A stretch of DNA of 40,984 nucleotides from Calditrichota bacterium (GTDB lineage Bacteria > Calditrichota > Calditrichia > Calditrichales > Calditrichaceae): positions 1-40,984 of the forward strand of contig JAJRSN010000090.1 in the NCBI GenBank assembly GCA_024278715.1, written 5' to 3'. The notes beneath the pieces were generated by a model, which did not search any database, was not told the origin of the DNA, and was given only the letters and a program-made list of their open reading frames with translations. Shown here one piece after another: positions 9,201 to 17,026 of the stretch. How positions within the stretch are numbered: the stretch's first letter is position 1; every line of letters begins with the position of its first letter. A program made the position numbers and the translations under genes.

Positions 9201-9833
9201 TTCGGCGACGATGCGGCAGGCGGTCAGGACAACTCACTGCCCGTGACCTTGTCCGCGTTCAAAGCCGAAGCTTCTTTTGATAAAGTTATTTTGGAATGGA
9301 CAACCGAATCCGAAATCGATAATCTCGGTTTTAATATTTACCGAAAAACGGAAGGTTTCGATAACTGGCAAAAAATTAATCGCGATTTGATTCCCGGCGC
9401 AGGCAATTCCAGCTCCCGACACGACTACCAATTTGTCGATCAAAACGTAACTTCCGGCGCAGCCTATTCCTACCGTCTGGAAAGCGTATCTTACAACGGT
9501 TCGACCCAGACGTTCAATCAGCTGCTCCAGACCGTTAAAATACCCGTTCCGACCGACTTCGTCGTTTTTCCGAATTTCCCGAATCCGTTTAATCCCGAAA
9601 CAACGATTAAATTTCAATTGCCCGAAACTCAGACAGTTTCCGTCCTAATTTTCGACATAAAAGGCAATCTGATAAAACATTTAATCGACAAAGAATCTCT
9701 CGGCGCAGGAGAGCATCAGGTAAAATGGAACGCCACCGACGACAATAATCAGCAGGTTTCCAGCGGAACGTATATCTATCGTTTTGTAAGTCCCAAATAT
9801 TCGAAAATCGGGAAAATGGTTTTTCTCAAATAA
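6300..9833 (+). CDS. Large secreted Gly/Ser/Thr/Asn-rich beta-solenoid surface protein with T9SS type-A/FlgD-like C-terminal domain
   Basis: Signal peptide; repetitive beta-strand motifs; LPVTLSAF + W-T-TESEIDNLGFNIYR domain; C-terminal NFPNPFNPETTIKF...IFDIKG...SSGTYIYR...KMVFLK. Confidence 0.88.
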   Translation: MLHKNKLSGISSFLSVVLLIIFIIPSVILAATYYSQGSANFGTLSNWDTVRDGGGSNPTAINSTDDFVIQNGHTITNDGSYTINSLTIESGGTYDGNGNTIVLNGDFTQNGTMTDGVNPSANFTFSGSTTQTIGGTGTVEFYYLTFNGTGTYTISANFSAYYLTLSGGTLNAGSYVISIIGFSATVFNKTGGTFNAGTSRFQFNTIGSQTISSNTDLVFYDLEHSPGIAKSLTFSGDVQFSVSNTFTRGGSSLSVLLNGTTTLNLNGATLIYSGSVDKTVSAEWPTSSSLAPSEVQITSGITVTADPGLGNTLSTGTLLLNASGATLSISSGSIQVNTQLTMTSGSIVENGGSFAWGTGSTTLLYNGTAQQTVGAEWTSSKAPANVQVNNSSGSNPAVVMGSGSLSALSGNLILTYGSLDYSVSGLSLTVSGNVEGGSGSFGMVNSNTLLVNGASSAVTSSGTASFYNLTITSTSGTLSDIKISGTLTINPGSGNTTTLTGAVTLETGANLTISSGILNLNGQLVTKTGSNTLTLSSGAQLTTGGSSIVGFATYSLDPASTILFNGSSSEDIPAGVSYGNIQINKTNSSAIVSGSGTTILQDNADLTVNAGTFDLNALALQLGNNSDLNIQGGILDLNGGSLSITLTNTNTLTIASGATLKTGGTSIDGFDTYTASGTVIFNGSTSETIPAGMTSFNDLTINNGAGVDASNSTKSVSGTLTLSLGTLTPATLNLSGTLTTNGGNFSTSTGTVVFQGSSAQTINGTSAVNFYNFTISNASGVTLNHNITVYGTLYLSSGVIDASGNLLSLSTGGSFSGGSSSSYVEGRVAKTFALGSSATFTFHTAKDGQYLPVGVTFTDVSGSDYTVTVEQYNSDPHSAISSSIDAGTLSNISSVRYWFIDGSGGTPANLQITLTWNSADGVSVLTALDVAQFTGTQWISVGGDGTGDSNSGTIQSDVITTSGSYYTFGDDAAGGQDNSLPVTLSAFKAEASFDKVILEWTTESEIDNLGFNIYRKTEGFDNWQKINRDLIPGAGNSSSRHDYQFVDQNVTSGAAYSYRLESVSYNGSTQTFNQLLQTVKIPVPTDFVVFPNFPNPFNPETTIKFQLPETQTVSVLIFDIKGNLIKHLIDKESLGAGEHQVKWNATDDNNQQVSSGTYIYRFVSPKYSKIGKMVFLK

Positions 9834-9848
9834 ACGCTTTCAAATGCC

Positions 9849-9880
9849 AAAGCCCTGAATTTAAATCAGGGCTTTTTTTT
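9849..9880. terminator. Intrinsic terminator between convergent genes
   Basis: AAAGCCCTGA-atttaaa-TCAGGGCTTTTTTTT. Confidence 0.85.
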
Positions 9881-11087
9881 ACTCATTTTCTTCGTCAACC
9901 ACATGTTTTAAGGTAGGCATAAATTCGGGCAGAGCCGATTCAATCCGCGACCAGCCGGGGATCATGGGAAGCTCCATGGGATTTGCCAGAAACTGGTCTC
10001 CGGCAATGATAATACTTTTTAAAAATACTTCGATGGTTTTTTCTTCGGAATGGCGGTCGTATTTTAATCCGTTAATCATGGCGTCAACATAATATTTATC
10101 CAAAAAATCCAGAGCGTTGCGCAAAAAGGTAGCTTTGATCGTTCTGAAAAACTGATCGGAAAAAACCACGCCCATACTGGCGAGCATTCTGTAAAACGAT
10201 TTGGCGATGTCGATGGACATTTTAGCCAGACCCGCGTTGGGGTTGTCTTCGGATAGTTCCTGATGTTTGTGATCGTAGCGATCGATAATATCGACCTGAC
10301 AAATCTGATTTTTGGCGTAATTACGGTAGATCTCGTTGAGCGTTCCGATTTCCAGTCCCCAGTCGGTCGGTAAACGAAGACGCACCGCCACATCACGAAT
10401 CATGGACATCTCTCCTGACAGGGGGTAGCGGAACGAATCGATGTAATCCAGATAATCATAAGGACCCAATATCTTTTTCAGAGAGCGGATTAAAGGCGTT
10501 ATGAACAAACGCGACACCCTGCCGTGCATCCGGTCGGACACCCTGCTGTAATACCCTTTGCAAAACCGAAAATTAAGCGTTGAATTGGTAACCGGATAAA
10601 CCAGCCGGGCTAACAATGAACGGTTATACGTCAAAATGTCGCAATCGTGAATGGCAAAGACCCGCGATACGTTAGACGACAAAAGATAACCCATGCACAG
10701 CCAAACATTACGTCCCTTTCCTTCCGTACCGATAAACAGATTGTTTTTGTCCAAAAGATCGTACAAATCCTGAATTCGGGGGCTTCTTTGCCAGATAATT
10801 TTAGTGGGCTGCGGCAATTGTGAAAAAAACTTTTTGGCGTGTTCAAATTCCTCTTTTGAAGCCCGATCCAAACCCACAACAATCTCGGATAAATAGGGCA
10901 CTTTTTTAAGTTCGTCAACTATTCTGGGAAGAGCCTGCCCCTGAATTTCGCTGTACAATGAGGGAAGAATAAGCGCAATGGGTCTGCGTTTGGAGTAGTA
11001 CAGAATCTCCTCTTCCAATTGCTCGGTAGGATGTTCGGTTAATTTATGTAATGTGGTTATTACACCGTTTTGAAAAAAATCAGCCAT
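9879..11087 (-). CDS. gpgS: Glucosyl-3-phosphoglycerate synthase (long GpgS-type glycosyltransferase)
   Basis: DFFQNGVITTLH N-terminus, GKGRNVW, HDCDI, KGYYSR, GRVSRL, FRYPLSGE, DWGLEIG, YDHKHQ; adjacent to an MpgP/GpgP phosphatase. Confidence 0.8.
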   Translation of the reverse strand: MADFFQNGVITTLHKLTEHPTEQLEEEILYYSKRRPIALILPSLYSEIQGQALPRIVDELKKVPYLSEIVVGLDRASKEEFEHAKKFFSQLPQPTKIIWQRSPRIQDLYDLLDKNNLFIGTEGKGRNVWLCMGYLLSSNVSRVFAIHDCDILTYNRSLLARLVYPVTNSTLNFRFCKGYYSRVSDRMHGRVSRLFITPLIRSLKKILGPYDYLDYIDSFRYPLSGEMSMIRDVAVRLRLPTDWGLEIGTLNEIYRNYAKNQICQVDIIDRYDHKHQELSEDNPNAGLAKMSIDIAKSFYRMLASMGVVFSDQFFRTIKATFLRNALDFLDKYYVDAMINGLKYDRHSEEKTIEVFLKSIIIAGDQFLANPMELPMIPGWSRIESALPEFMPTLKHVVDEENE

Positions 11088-11234
11088 AGTTTACTCCAAT
11101 TTTTATTAACCGGCACATTTCACACAATACTAAGATTTTGCAATAAACATAAATCTTTTTCTTCAACGCATATTTACCGAAACCCGCTCGGGTCTCCTTT
11201 TCCGCCACGCGGCAGAAGAGCTGGGAAGGGTCAA

Positions 11235-12077
11235 TTAAACTTTCCTTAAAGCAGATTTTTCGGGAACGGTCATAATTTCTATCGCTTCCGCCCATCCTGC
11301 AGGACCGGGTTTTTGCGTTAAATAAAGATTCGAAAGCGTCAATCCTTCGGCATAACTCAAATCTTTTTTCCGCACAAGAACGGGCAGATCAACCGCTCTG
11401 AGCATTTCAAAATCATTTTTACTGTCGCCAAGACCCACAGTTTTTACCGGTGACGAATACTTTTTCCGAAATAATTCGGTGAGATGATTTACGGCGTTCC
11501 CTTTGTCGCTGTTTCCTAACAGATGATAGAAGCGATTTCCGCGCAACAACCGGAAGCCATATTCCTTGATACATTCCATCAATTGATCATTTTTCAGGAG
11601 ATCGCGGTCTTCTTCGCTTACCATCGGTTCGCTGAAAAATCTTCTTTTTGCCAATGCCGCCTCTTCTTTGGAAAGCTGTGTTAATTCCGCAATTTCCCCC
11701 ACGGTCATCTCGGAAAAACCTTTAACCTTTAATTTAAATTCGCGGCGCAAATAGTTAAAAAAACGTAAAACTTCCTCATGGCGTTTTCCAAGAATCAATG
11801 CCTTAAAGCCGTCCAAATCGAAGAAATCTTCCGTGTTTGGAAAATAGCCGGCGGGTATTAAAACCGCGCTTCCGTTTTCGACAATAAAGGGATCTCCGAG
11901 TCCCAATCTGTTCATTAATCGTATCACTTCGGGATGGGTTTTGCTTGTGCACGGAATAACCGGTATTTTCCGCTGTTTCAGATATTTTAGCGCCGGAACA
12001 GCTTCCCGAAAAGAGTAGGTGGAAGCGTCCAACAGCGTTCCGTCCAAATCGGTAAAGATTACCCATTTTAATTTCAT
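11235..12077 (-). CDS. Mannosyl/glucosyl-3-phosphoglycerate phosphatase (HAD IIB, MpgP/GpgP/YedP family)
   Basis: FTDLDGTLL, CTSKT, FIVENG, GNRFYH, LGDSKNDFEML, GPAGW. Confidence 0.9.
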   Translation of the reverse strand: MKLKWVIFTDLDGTLLDASTYSFREAVPALKYLKQRKIPVIPCTSKTHPEVIRLMNRLGLGDPFIVENGSAVLIPAGYFPNTEDFFDLDGFKALILGKRHEEVLRFFNYLRREFKLKVKGFSEMTVGEIAELTQLSKEEAALAKRRFFSEPMVSEEDRDLLKNDQLMECIKEYGFRLLRGNRFYHLLGNSDKGNAVNHLTELFRKKYSSPVKTVGLGDSKNDFEMLRAVDLPVLVRKKDLSYAEGLTLSNLYLTQKPGPAGWAEAIEIMTVPEKSALRKV

Positions 12078-12231
12078 ATTGTTAAAATGGTATCAATTAG
12101 CGAAAAAGTCAAGCAATAACTTTTAATTTTTTAAATTATTCTAAAAAGCGCCCAAAAGTTTGTGAATAAATTGAAAAGTAAATTTTGGTTTCATATTTTA
12201 AGGAGTCGGCAAAGAGTAAAAAGAGAACGTT

Positions 12232-13971
12232 ATGGATAAAAAAGCGATTATAAAAATTTTAGAAGAGATCGGAAAACTTTTGGAAATTAAGGGTGAAAAT
12301 CCGTTCAAAGCGCGTGCTTACTACAACGCAGCCCGGCAATTGGAAATGCTTCAGCAGGATTTAACCCTTTTGGTCAAAGAAGGGCGTATTCGGGAATTAA
12401 AAGGAATCGGCGAAGCGCTGGCAAAAAAAATCGAAACTCTGGTTACTTCCGGCACCCTCCCTTATTACGAAAATTTAAAGGCTTCGGTGCCCGAAGGTTT
12501 GATGGAAATGCTGACCATTCCGGGAATGGGTCCTAAAAAAATTAAAACCGTTTATGAAAAATTAGGCGTCACTACCATTGGCGAATTGGAATATGCCTGT
12601 CTGGAAAACCGTTTGCGCGACCTTCCCGGATTTGGGTTAAAAACGCAGGAAAAAATACTGAAAGGCATTGAACTCCGGAAAAAATACAAAGCGCGCTTCC
12701 ACCTGCCGTTTGCCCTTGAAGAAGCGGAAAAGATTCTCCGCTATCTCAAAAAAAGACCCGAAATCATTCGGCTTGAAGTAGCCGGCAGCCTGCGCCGTAA
12801 AAACGAAACCATCAAAGACATCGATATTTTGCTTTCATGTTCGGACGAACATCGCAAAACGGTTACGGATTATTTTATCAACTATCCCGAAGTGGATGCG
12901 GTTACCGCCAAAGGCGAAACAAAATCGAGCGTTGTGCTTACCTCCGGGTTGGCTTGCGATTTACGCATTGTTCGGGACAATCAATTCGCCTTTGCGCTTC
13001 AATATTTTACGGGCAGCAAAGAACACAACACAGCCTTGAGACACAGGGCAAAAAAATTGGGTTTTACTCTGAATGAGTACGGATTATTTCCGCATGGTCA
13101 GGAAAATTCACTGCCTTGCGATAAAGAGTCGGAAATTTACAGTCAGCTCGGATTGTCCTTTATCGTTCCGGAATTGAGGGAGAATTACGGAGAAATAGAA
13201 GCCGCGGAAAACAATCAATTGCCGGAGTTAATTGAAGAGGACGATCTGCTCGGTCTTTTTCATGTTCACAGTTCATTTAGCGACGGAAGTAATTCGATAG
13301 AAGAGATGGCGCGTTATTGCAAAAATTCGGGATTTCACTATATTGGGATATGCGATCACAGTAAGGCGGCTTATTATGCCAACGGACTCACTGAAGAGCG
13401 GTTAAAGTTGCAGCATGAAGAGATAGACCGGTTGAACGAAATTTTAAAGCCGTTTGTTATTTTAAAGGGAATAGAAGCGGATATTCTTCCGGACGGTTCG
13501 CTCGACTTTGATGACGCCACCCTAGCAATGTTCGATTTTGTCATTGTCTCTGTTCATTCATCGTTTCATCTTTCGGAAGAAGAGATGACAAACCGAATTT
13601 GCAAGGCGCTCCGCCATCCTCTGGTTTCCATGCTTGGTCACCCCACCGGACGGTTGCTGCTGGGTCGCGAGCCTTACGCCGTGAATATGGAAAAGATTTT
13701 GGAGACGGCTGCGCAATTTAATAAAATTATCGAAATAAACGCCAATCCCTACCGACTCGATCTCGATTGGCGCTGGGGTATCAGGGCTAACGCTTTGGGA
13801 ATTAAAACAGCCATCAATCCGGACGCACATTCTCTTGAAGGTTTGAATGATTTTAAATTCGGTCTGGCTATTGCCCGCAAATCGTGGTATTCAAAAAAAA
13901 GCGTTCTTAATTCATTTACGATCGAAGAACTCAAATCGTTTTTTGATTCGCAGCGCAATTATTCTCCTTAA
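12232..13971 (+). CDS. polX: DNA polymerase X / PHP 3'-5' exonuclease
   Basis: GENPFKARAY, HhH motifs, AGSLRR, DIDIL, DLR, YFTGS; PHP motifs HVHSSFSDG, DHS, GHPTGR, NPDAH. Confidence 0.96.
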   Translation: MDKKAIIKILEEIGKLLEIKGENPFKARAYYNAARQLEMLQQDLTLLVKEGRIRELKGIGEALAKKIETLVTSGTLPYYENLKASVPEGLMEMLTIPGMGPKKIKTVYEKLGVTTIGELEYACLENRLRDLPGFGLKTQEKILKGIELRKKYKARFHLPFALEEAEKILRYLKKRPEIIRLEVAGSLRRKNETIKDIDILLSCSDEHRKTVTDYFINYPEVDAVTAKGETKSSVVLTSGLACDLRIVRDNQFAFALQYFTGSKEHNTALRHRAKKLGFTLNEYGLFPHGQENSLPCDKESEIYSQLGLSFIVPELRENYGEIEAAENNQLPELIEEDDLLGLFHVHSSFSDGSNSIEEMARYCKNSGFHYIGICDHSKAAYYANGLTEERLKLQHEEIDRLNEILKPFVILKGIEADILPDGSLDFDDATLAMFDFVIVSVHSSFHLSEEEMTNRICKALRHPLVSMLGHPTGRLLLGREPYAVNMEKILETAAQFNKIIEINANPYRLDLDWRWGIRANALGIKTAINPDAHSLEGLNDFKFGLAIARKSWYSKKSVLNSFTIEELKSFFDSQRNYSP

Positions 13972-14083
13972 ACTAATCGATAACGGCGAGTGAAATACAA
14001 AAACTTTTAATTTCCGAAGCTTTTTTGCCAATACTCGTAAATCTTGTTAATTTTAATCGAACGGAAAACGGGGGTAAACTGTT

Positions 14084-15133
14084 ATGGTAATAAGAATTGT
14101 TGTCGATGCCATGGGCGGGGATTATGCTCCGGCTGAAATTATTAAGGGTTCGGTCCGAGCCTTAAAAGAATTCGACGATACTGTTCTTATTTTTGTCGGA
14201 GATGAGGCTAAAATTAATCCGCTTTTGGAAGCCGAGAATTGTGAACAGAATATTGAAATTGTACATACCGACCAATTCATCGCCATGGACGAATCCCCAA
14301 AAGAAGGCGTTAAGACAAAGCAGAAAGCCAGCATTAATTTGGCGATGCAAATTTTAAACGAGAACGAAGCCGACGCGCTGGTAAGCGCCGGAAATACCGG
14401 AGCAATCGTACTTTCCGCCGCAAAGCACCTGTCCATGATCCCGGGCATAGAGCGGTCCGGATTAGCCACCATTTATCCCACGGCAAAAATACATCCCAGC
14501 AACCACGGTTTTTCTTTGATGATCGATGTCGGAGCGACATTGCATTGCACGCCCAAACAATTAGTGCATTTTGCCTACATGGGAAGCTATTATCTTTCTC
14601 ATATTATGGAAATTCCCCATCCTCGCGTGGCATTGTTAAATATCGGTACGGAAGAAACCAAAGGCGGGGAGGCTTTAACAAAAGCCTATCGCTACTTAAA
14701 AGACGCTCCGGGAATTAATTTTGTGGGAAATATCGAAGGAAACGACGTACCCAGAGGAATGGTTGATGTTGTTGTCACCGAAGGCTTTGTGGGAAATATT
14801 GTTCTTAAAACTCTGGAAGGCGCCAGCGACGTTTTAAGAGTAGCCGGCAGATACGCCTTTAAAAAACGATTAATATGGAAAGTCGGTCTGGCTTTGCTTA
14901 GTTCCGGAGTTAAACAATTGAAAAAGCGCACCGATTATTCCGAATACGGAGGCGCTCCCGTATTAGGGTTTAAAAAACTGGTGATCAAGGCTCACGGTCG
15001 GTCTAACGCCAAGGCGTTTGCCAATGCCTTAATCGTCGCCCGTCGCTCTGTAATCGAAGGCGTTACGGATCATATCGGCGAATCCGTCCAAAAATTTAAC
15101 CAGCAGCACCGCATCGATTTTTTGGAGATTTAA
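14084..15133 (+). CDS. plsX: Phosphate acyltransferase PlsX
   Basis: VDAMGGDYAP, VSAGNTGA, LLNIGTEETKG, FVGNIEG, GFVGNIVLK, YGGAPVLG, KAHGRS. Confidence 0.95.
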   Translation: MVIRIVVDAMGGDYAPAEIIKGSVRALKEFDDTVLIFVGDEAKINPLLEAENCEQNIEIVHTDQFIAMDESPKEGVKTKQKASINLAMQILNENEADALVSAGNTGAIVLSAAKHLSMIPGIERSGLATIYPTAKIHPSNHGFSLMIDVGATLHCTPKQLVHFAYMGSYYLSHIMEIPHPRVALLNIGTEETKGGEALTKAYRYLKDAPGINFVGNIEGNDVPRGMVDVVVTEGFVGNIVLKTLEGASDVLRVAGRYAFKKRLIWKVGLALLSSGVKQLKKRTDYSEYGGAPVLGFKKLVIKAHGRSNAKAFANALIVARRSVIEGVTDHIGESVQKFNQQHRIDFLEI

Positions 15134-15407
15134 AGCGCTCCGTCGATTCCGCTCAAAAGGGTTAAGACAAAAATAAGCCGGATTAAAATGGTTTTCTTTT
15201 TTCCGGAATGAATTTACCGCTTAACTCATCCTGATTTTCAGACCATCTCGGATATCTTTTAATCTTTGTCGAATGTCGAAATTAACGGAGCGGAAATTAT
15301 TTAAGGTACGTCATATTCAAAACCGGATGTAATTCATTTTGACTAAAATAATTGATATTTGTGCCGATAGTATTTCAAGCTATCTAGCATTTTGAAGAAA
15401 GCAAACT

Positions 15408-16757
15408 ATGCAACATAAAATTGCTTTTATCTCTGACAGACTGGTTGAATTCCATTCTTTCCTTAAAGCTGCTCATAACGGCGAGTATCGTCTCGATTTG
15501 TATGAACACATGGAGGCAATTAGCAAATCGATCCAAATGATTTATTACGATATGTTTATCATTGATATTAGTGAAGAGTGGCTTGCCATACCCTTCTGGC
15601 TTTTGGAACAGGCAAATCATCAGTATTTTTACCAGGTTATCATAATTTCCGATCACGGTTTGCCCGAAAGCTTAAGACGGATATTGGGGAAACGGTTGTT
15701 TAGGGTAATTGATCAGAATGTTGCCAAAGAAAATCTTTCGGAAATTTTTCAACAAGCAAGAAAAATTATCGACGAACACCACTACAAATCACCCCACACC
15801 TATACGTATGAACGTTGGAATCAGGACGGGCTGATCGGCAAAGACGAGGCTATCAAAAGAGTCAACGAATTTATTCAAATTATCAGTAAAGCCCATTATA
15901 CCCCCTGCCTGATTCGCGGCGAAACCGGTACCGGGAAAAACCTGGTATCTTATCTTATCCATTCAAGCAGAGAAAGAACAGAGGGACCTTTCATAGTAAA
16001 AAATTGTGAATACGCCACCACCAACGAGCTGCTGGCGGATCTTTTTGGGGTAATCGGCGAAAACTCCGTTCACGGCGCTCCGCGAAAGGGACTGATTGAG
16101 CAGGCAGCCGGCGGCACTCTGGTTCTGAAAAATATTGAACGGCTGCCCACCGAAGTTCAGCATAAGTTATTAATCTATCTTGACAGCCATATTTTTAAAC
16201 CCGTGGGCGCGGAAAAACCCATCAGGGTGGATACGCGGATTATCGCTCAAACGCGATTTGAACTCGAAAAGTTTGTCCGCAACGGCAGTTTTAATACCGA
16301 GCTTTATTTTCATTTAAAAAGCTTTGAAAAATATTTACCCCCTTTGCGCGAACGACGCAGAGATATCGGAATTTTAACCAAATATTTTATCCAGTATTTC
16401 AGTTTTCAATACGCCAAAAAGATAGACAAAATTTCCCCGATGGCGCTGAACATTTTAAAAGATTACTATTGGCCCGGCAATGTCAAGGAGCTGCGTGAAT
16501 TACTGGAACGAAGCGTTTTAATCTGCGAGAATAAAGAAATTACAATAAAAGACTTACCGGCGCATCTCAGCAGTTCCGACAATATCCCCGAAGACTTGGA
16601 ATTGTTGGGCAATTGTTCGTTAAAAGAGATCGAACGCGTCCACATCGAACGTGTTTTAGCGCGTACAAAAGGGAATAAATCAAAAGCTGCGGAGATTTTG
16701 CAAATTTCAAGAACAACCCTCCGCGAAAAAATCAAAAATTATGGTCTCGGAAATTAA
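15408..16757 (+). CDS. NtrC/Fis-family (sigma54-activator-like) regulator with degenerate AAA+ motifs
   Basis: Receiver-like N-terminus, GETGTGK, LPPLRER, WPGNV, Fis HTH (GNKSKAAEILQISRTTLREK); no GAFTGA and no Walker B DE. Confidence 0.88.
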   Translation: MQHKIAFISDRLVEFHSFLKAAHNGEYRLDLYEHMEAISKSIQMIYYDMFIIDISEEWLAIPFWLLEQANHQYFYQVIIISDHGLPESLRRILGKRLFRVIDQNVAKENLSEIFQQARKIIDEHHYKSPHTYTYERWNQDGLIGKDEAIKRVNEFIQIISKAHYTPCLIRGETGTGKNLVSYLIHSSRERTEGPFIVKNCEYATTNELLADLFGVIGENSVHGAPRKGLIEQAAGGTLVLKNIERLPTEVQHKLLIYLDSHIFKPVGAEKPIRVDTRIIAQTRFELEKFVRNGSFNTELYFHLKSFEKYLPPLRERRRDIGILTKYFIQYFSFQYAKKIDKISPMALNILKDYYWPGNVKELRELLERSVLICENKEITIKDLPAHLSSSDNIPEDLELLGNCSLKEIERVHIERVLARTKGNKSKAAEILQISRTTLREKIKNYGLGN

Positions 16758-17026
16758 TTCCTACCCGAAAATTTTACCCCGGATTACACAAATTACGCAA
16801 AAGATAACAATTCCGATGCGCTTTAATAAAAATACTGCGTTTTAATCTGAAAATTTTGCTATTGATAGGAAAAAAATTTTACAAGAATAACGGGCATTTA
16901 ATATGATTATTCTTTAACAAGTTCTTGGGGCTTATTTTTACCCTCATCTTTATTTGCCAGAAATTTTCTGATTGTTTAAGTTAATTAACAAAGATAACTA
17001 ACCCGGTTTTAAATCAGGGAAAACAG

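Noticed and set aside
11132-11157. AAGATTT-N12-AAATCTT inverted repeat upstream of gpgS
   Set aside because: Only 7 bp arms in AT-rich sequence; compatible with chance.
11080-11295. 71-aa ORF bridging the phosphatase and gpgS, and the other short antisense or overlapping ORFs in the track
   Set aside because: They overlap well-supported genes and lack SD sites or family motifs; treated as shadow ORFs.
12160-12177. Rex-like box TTGTGAATAAATTGAAAA upstream of polX
   Set aside because: Two mismatches in one half-site within very AT-rich DNA; the context is not supportive.
12232-13971. Possibly inactive (altered) PolX
   Set aside because: The catalytic DxD, third Asp and FTGS motifs are all canonical.
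16758-17026. Lysine riboswitch upstream of lysA
   Set aside because: AT-rich; no AGAGGUGC-type core or multi-stem structure.
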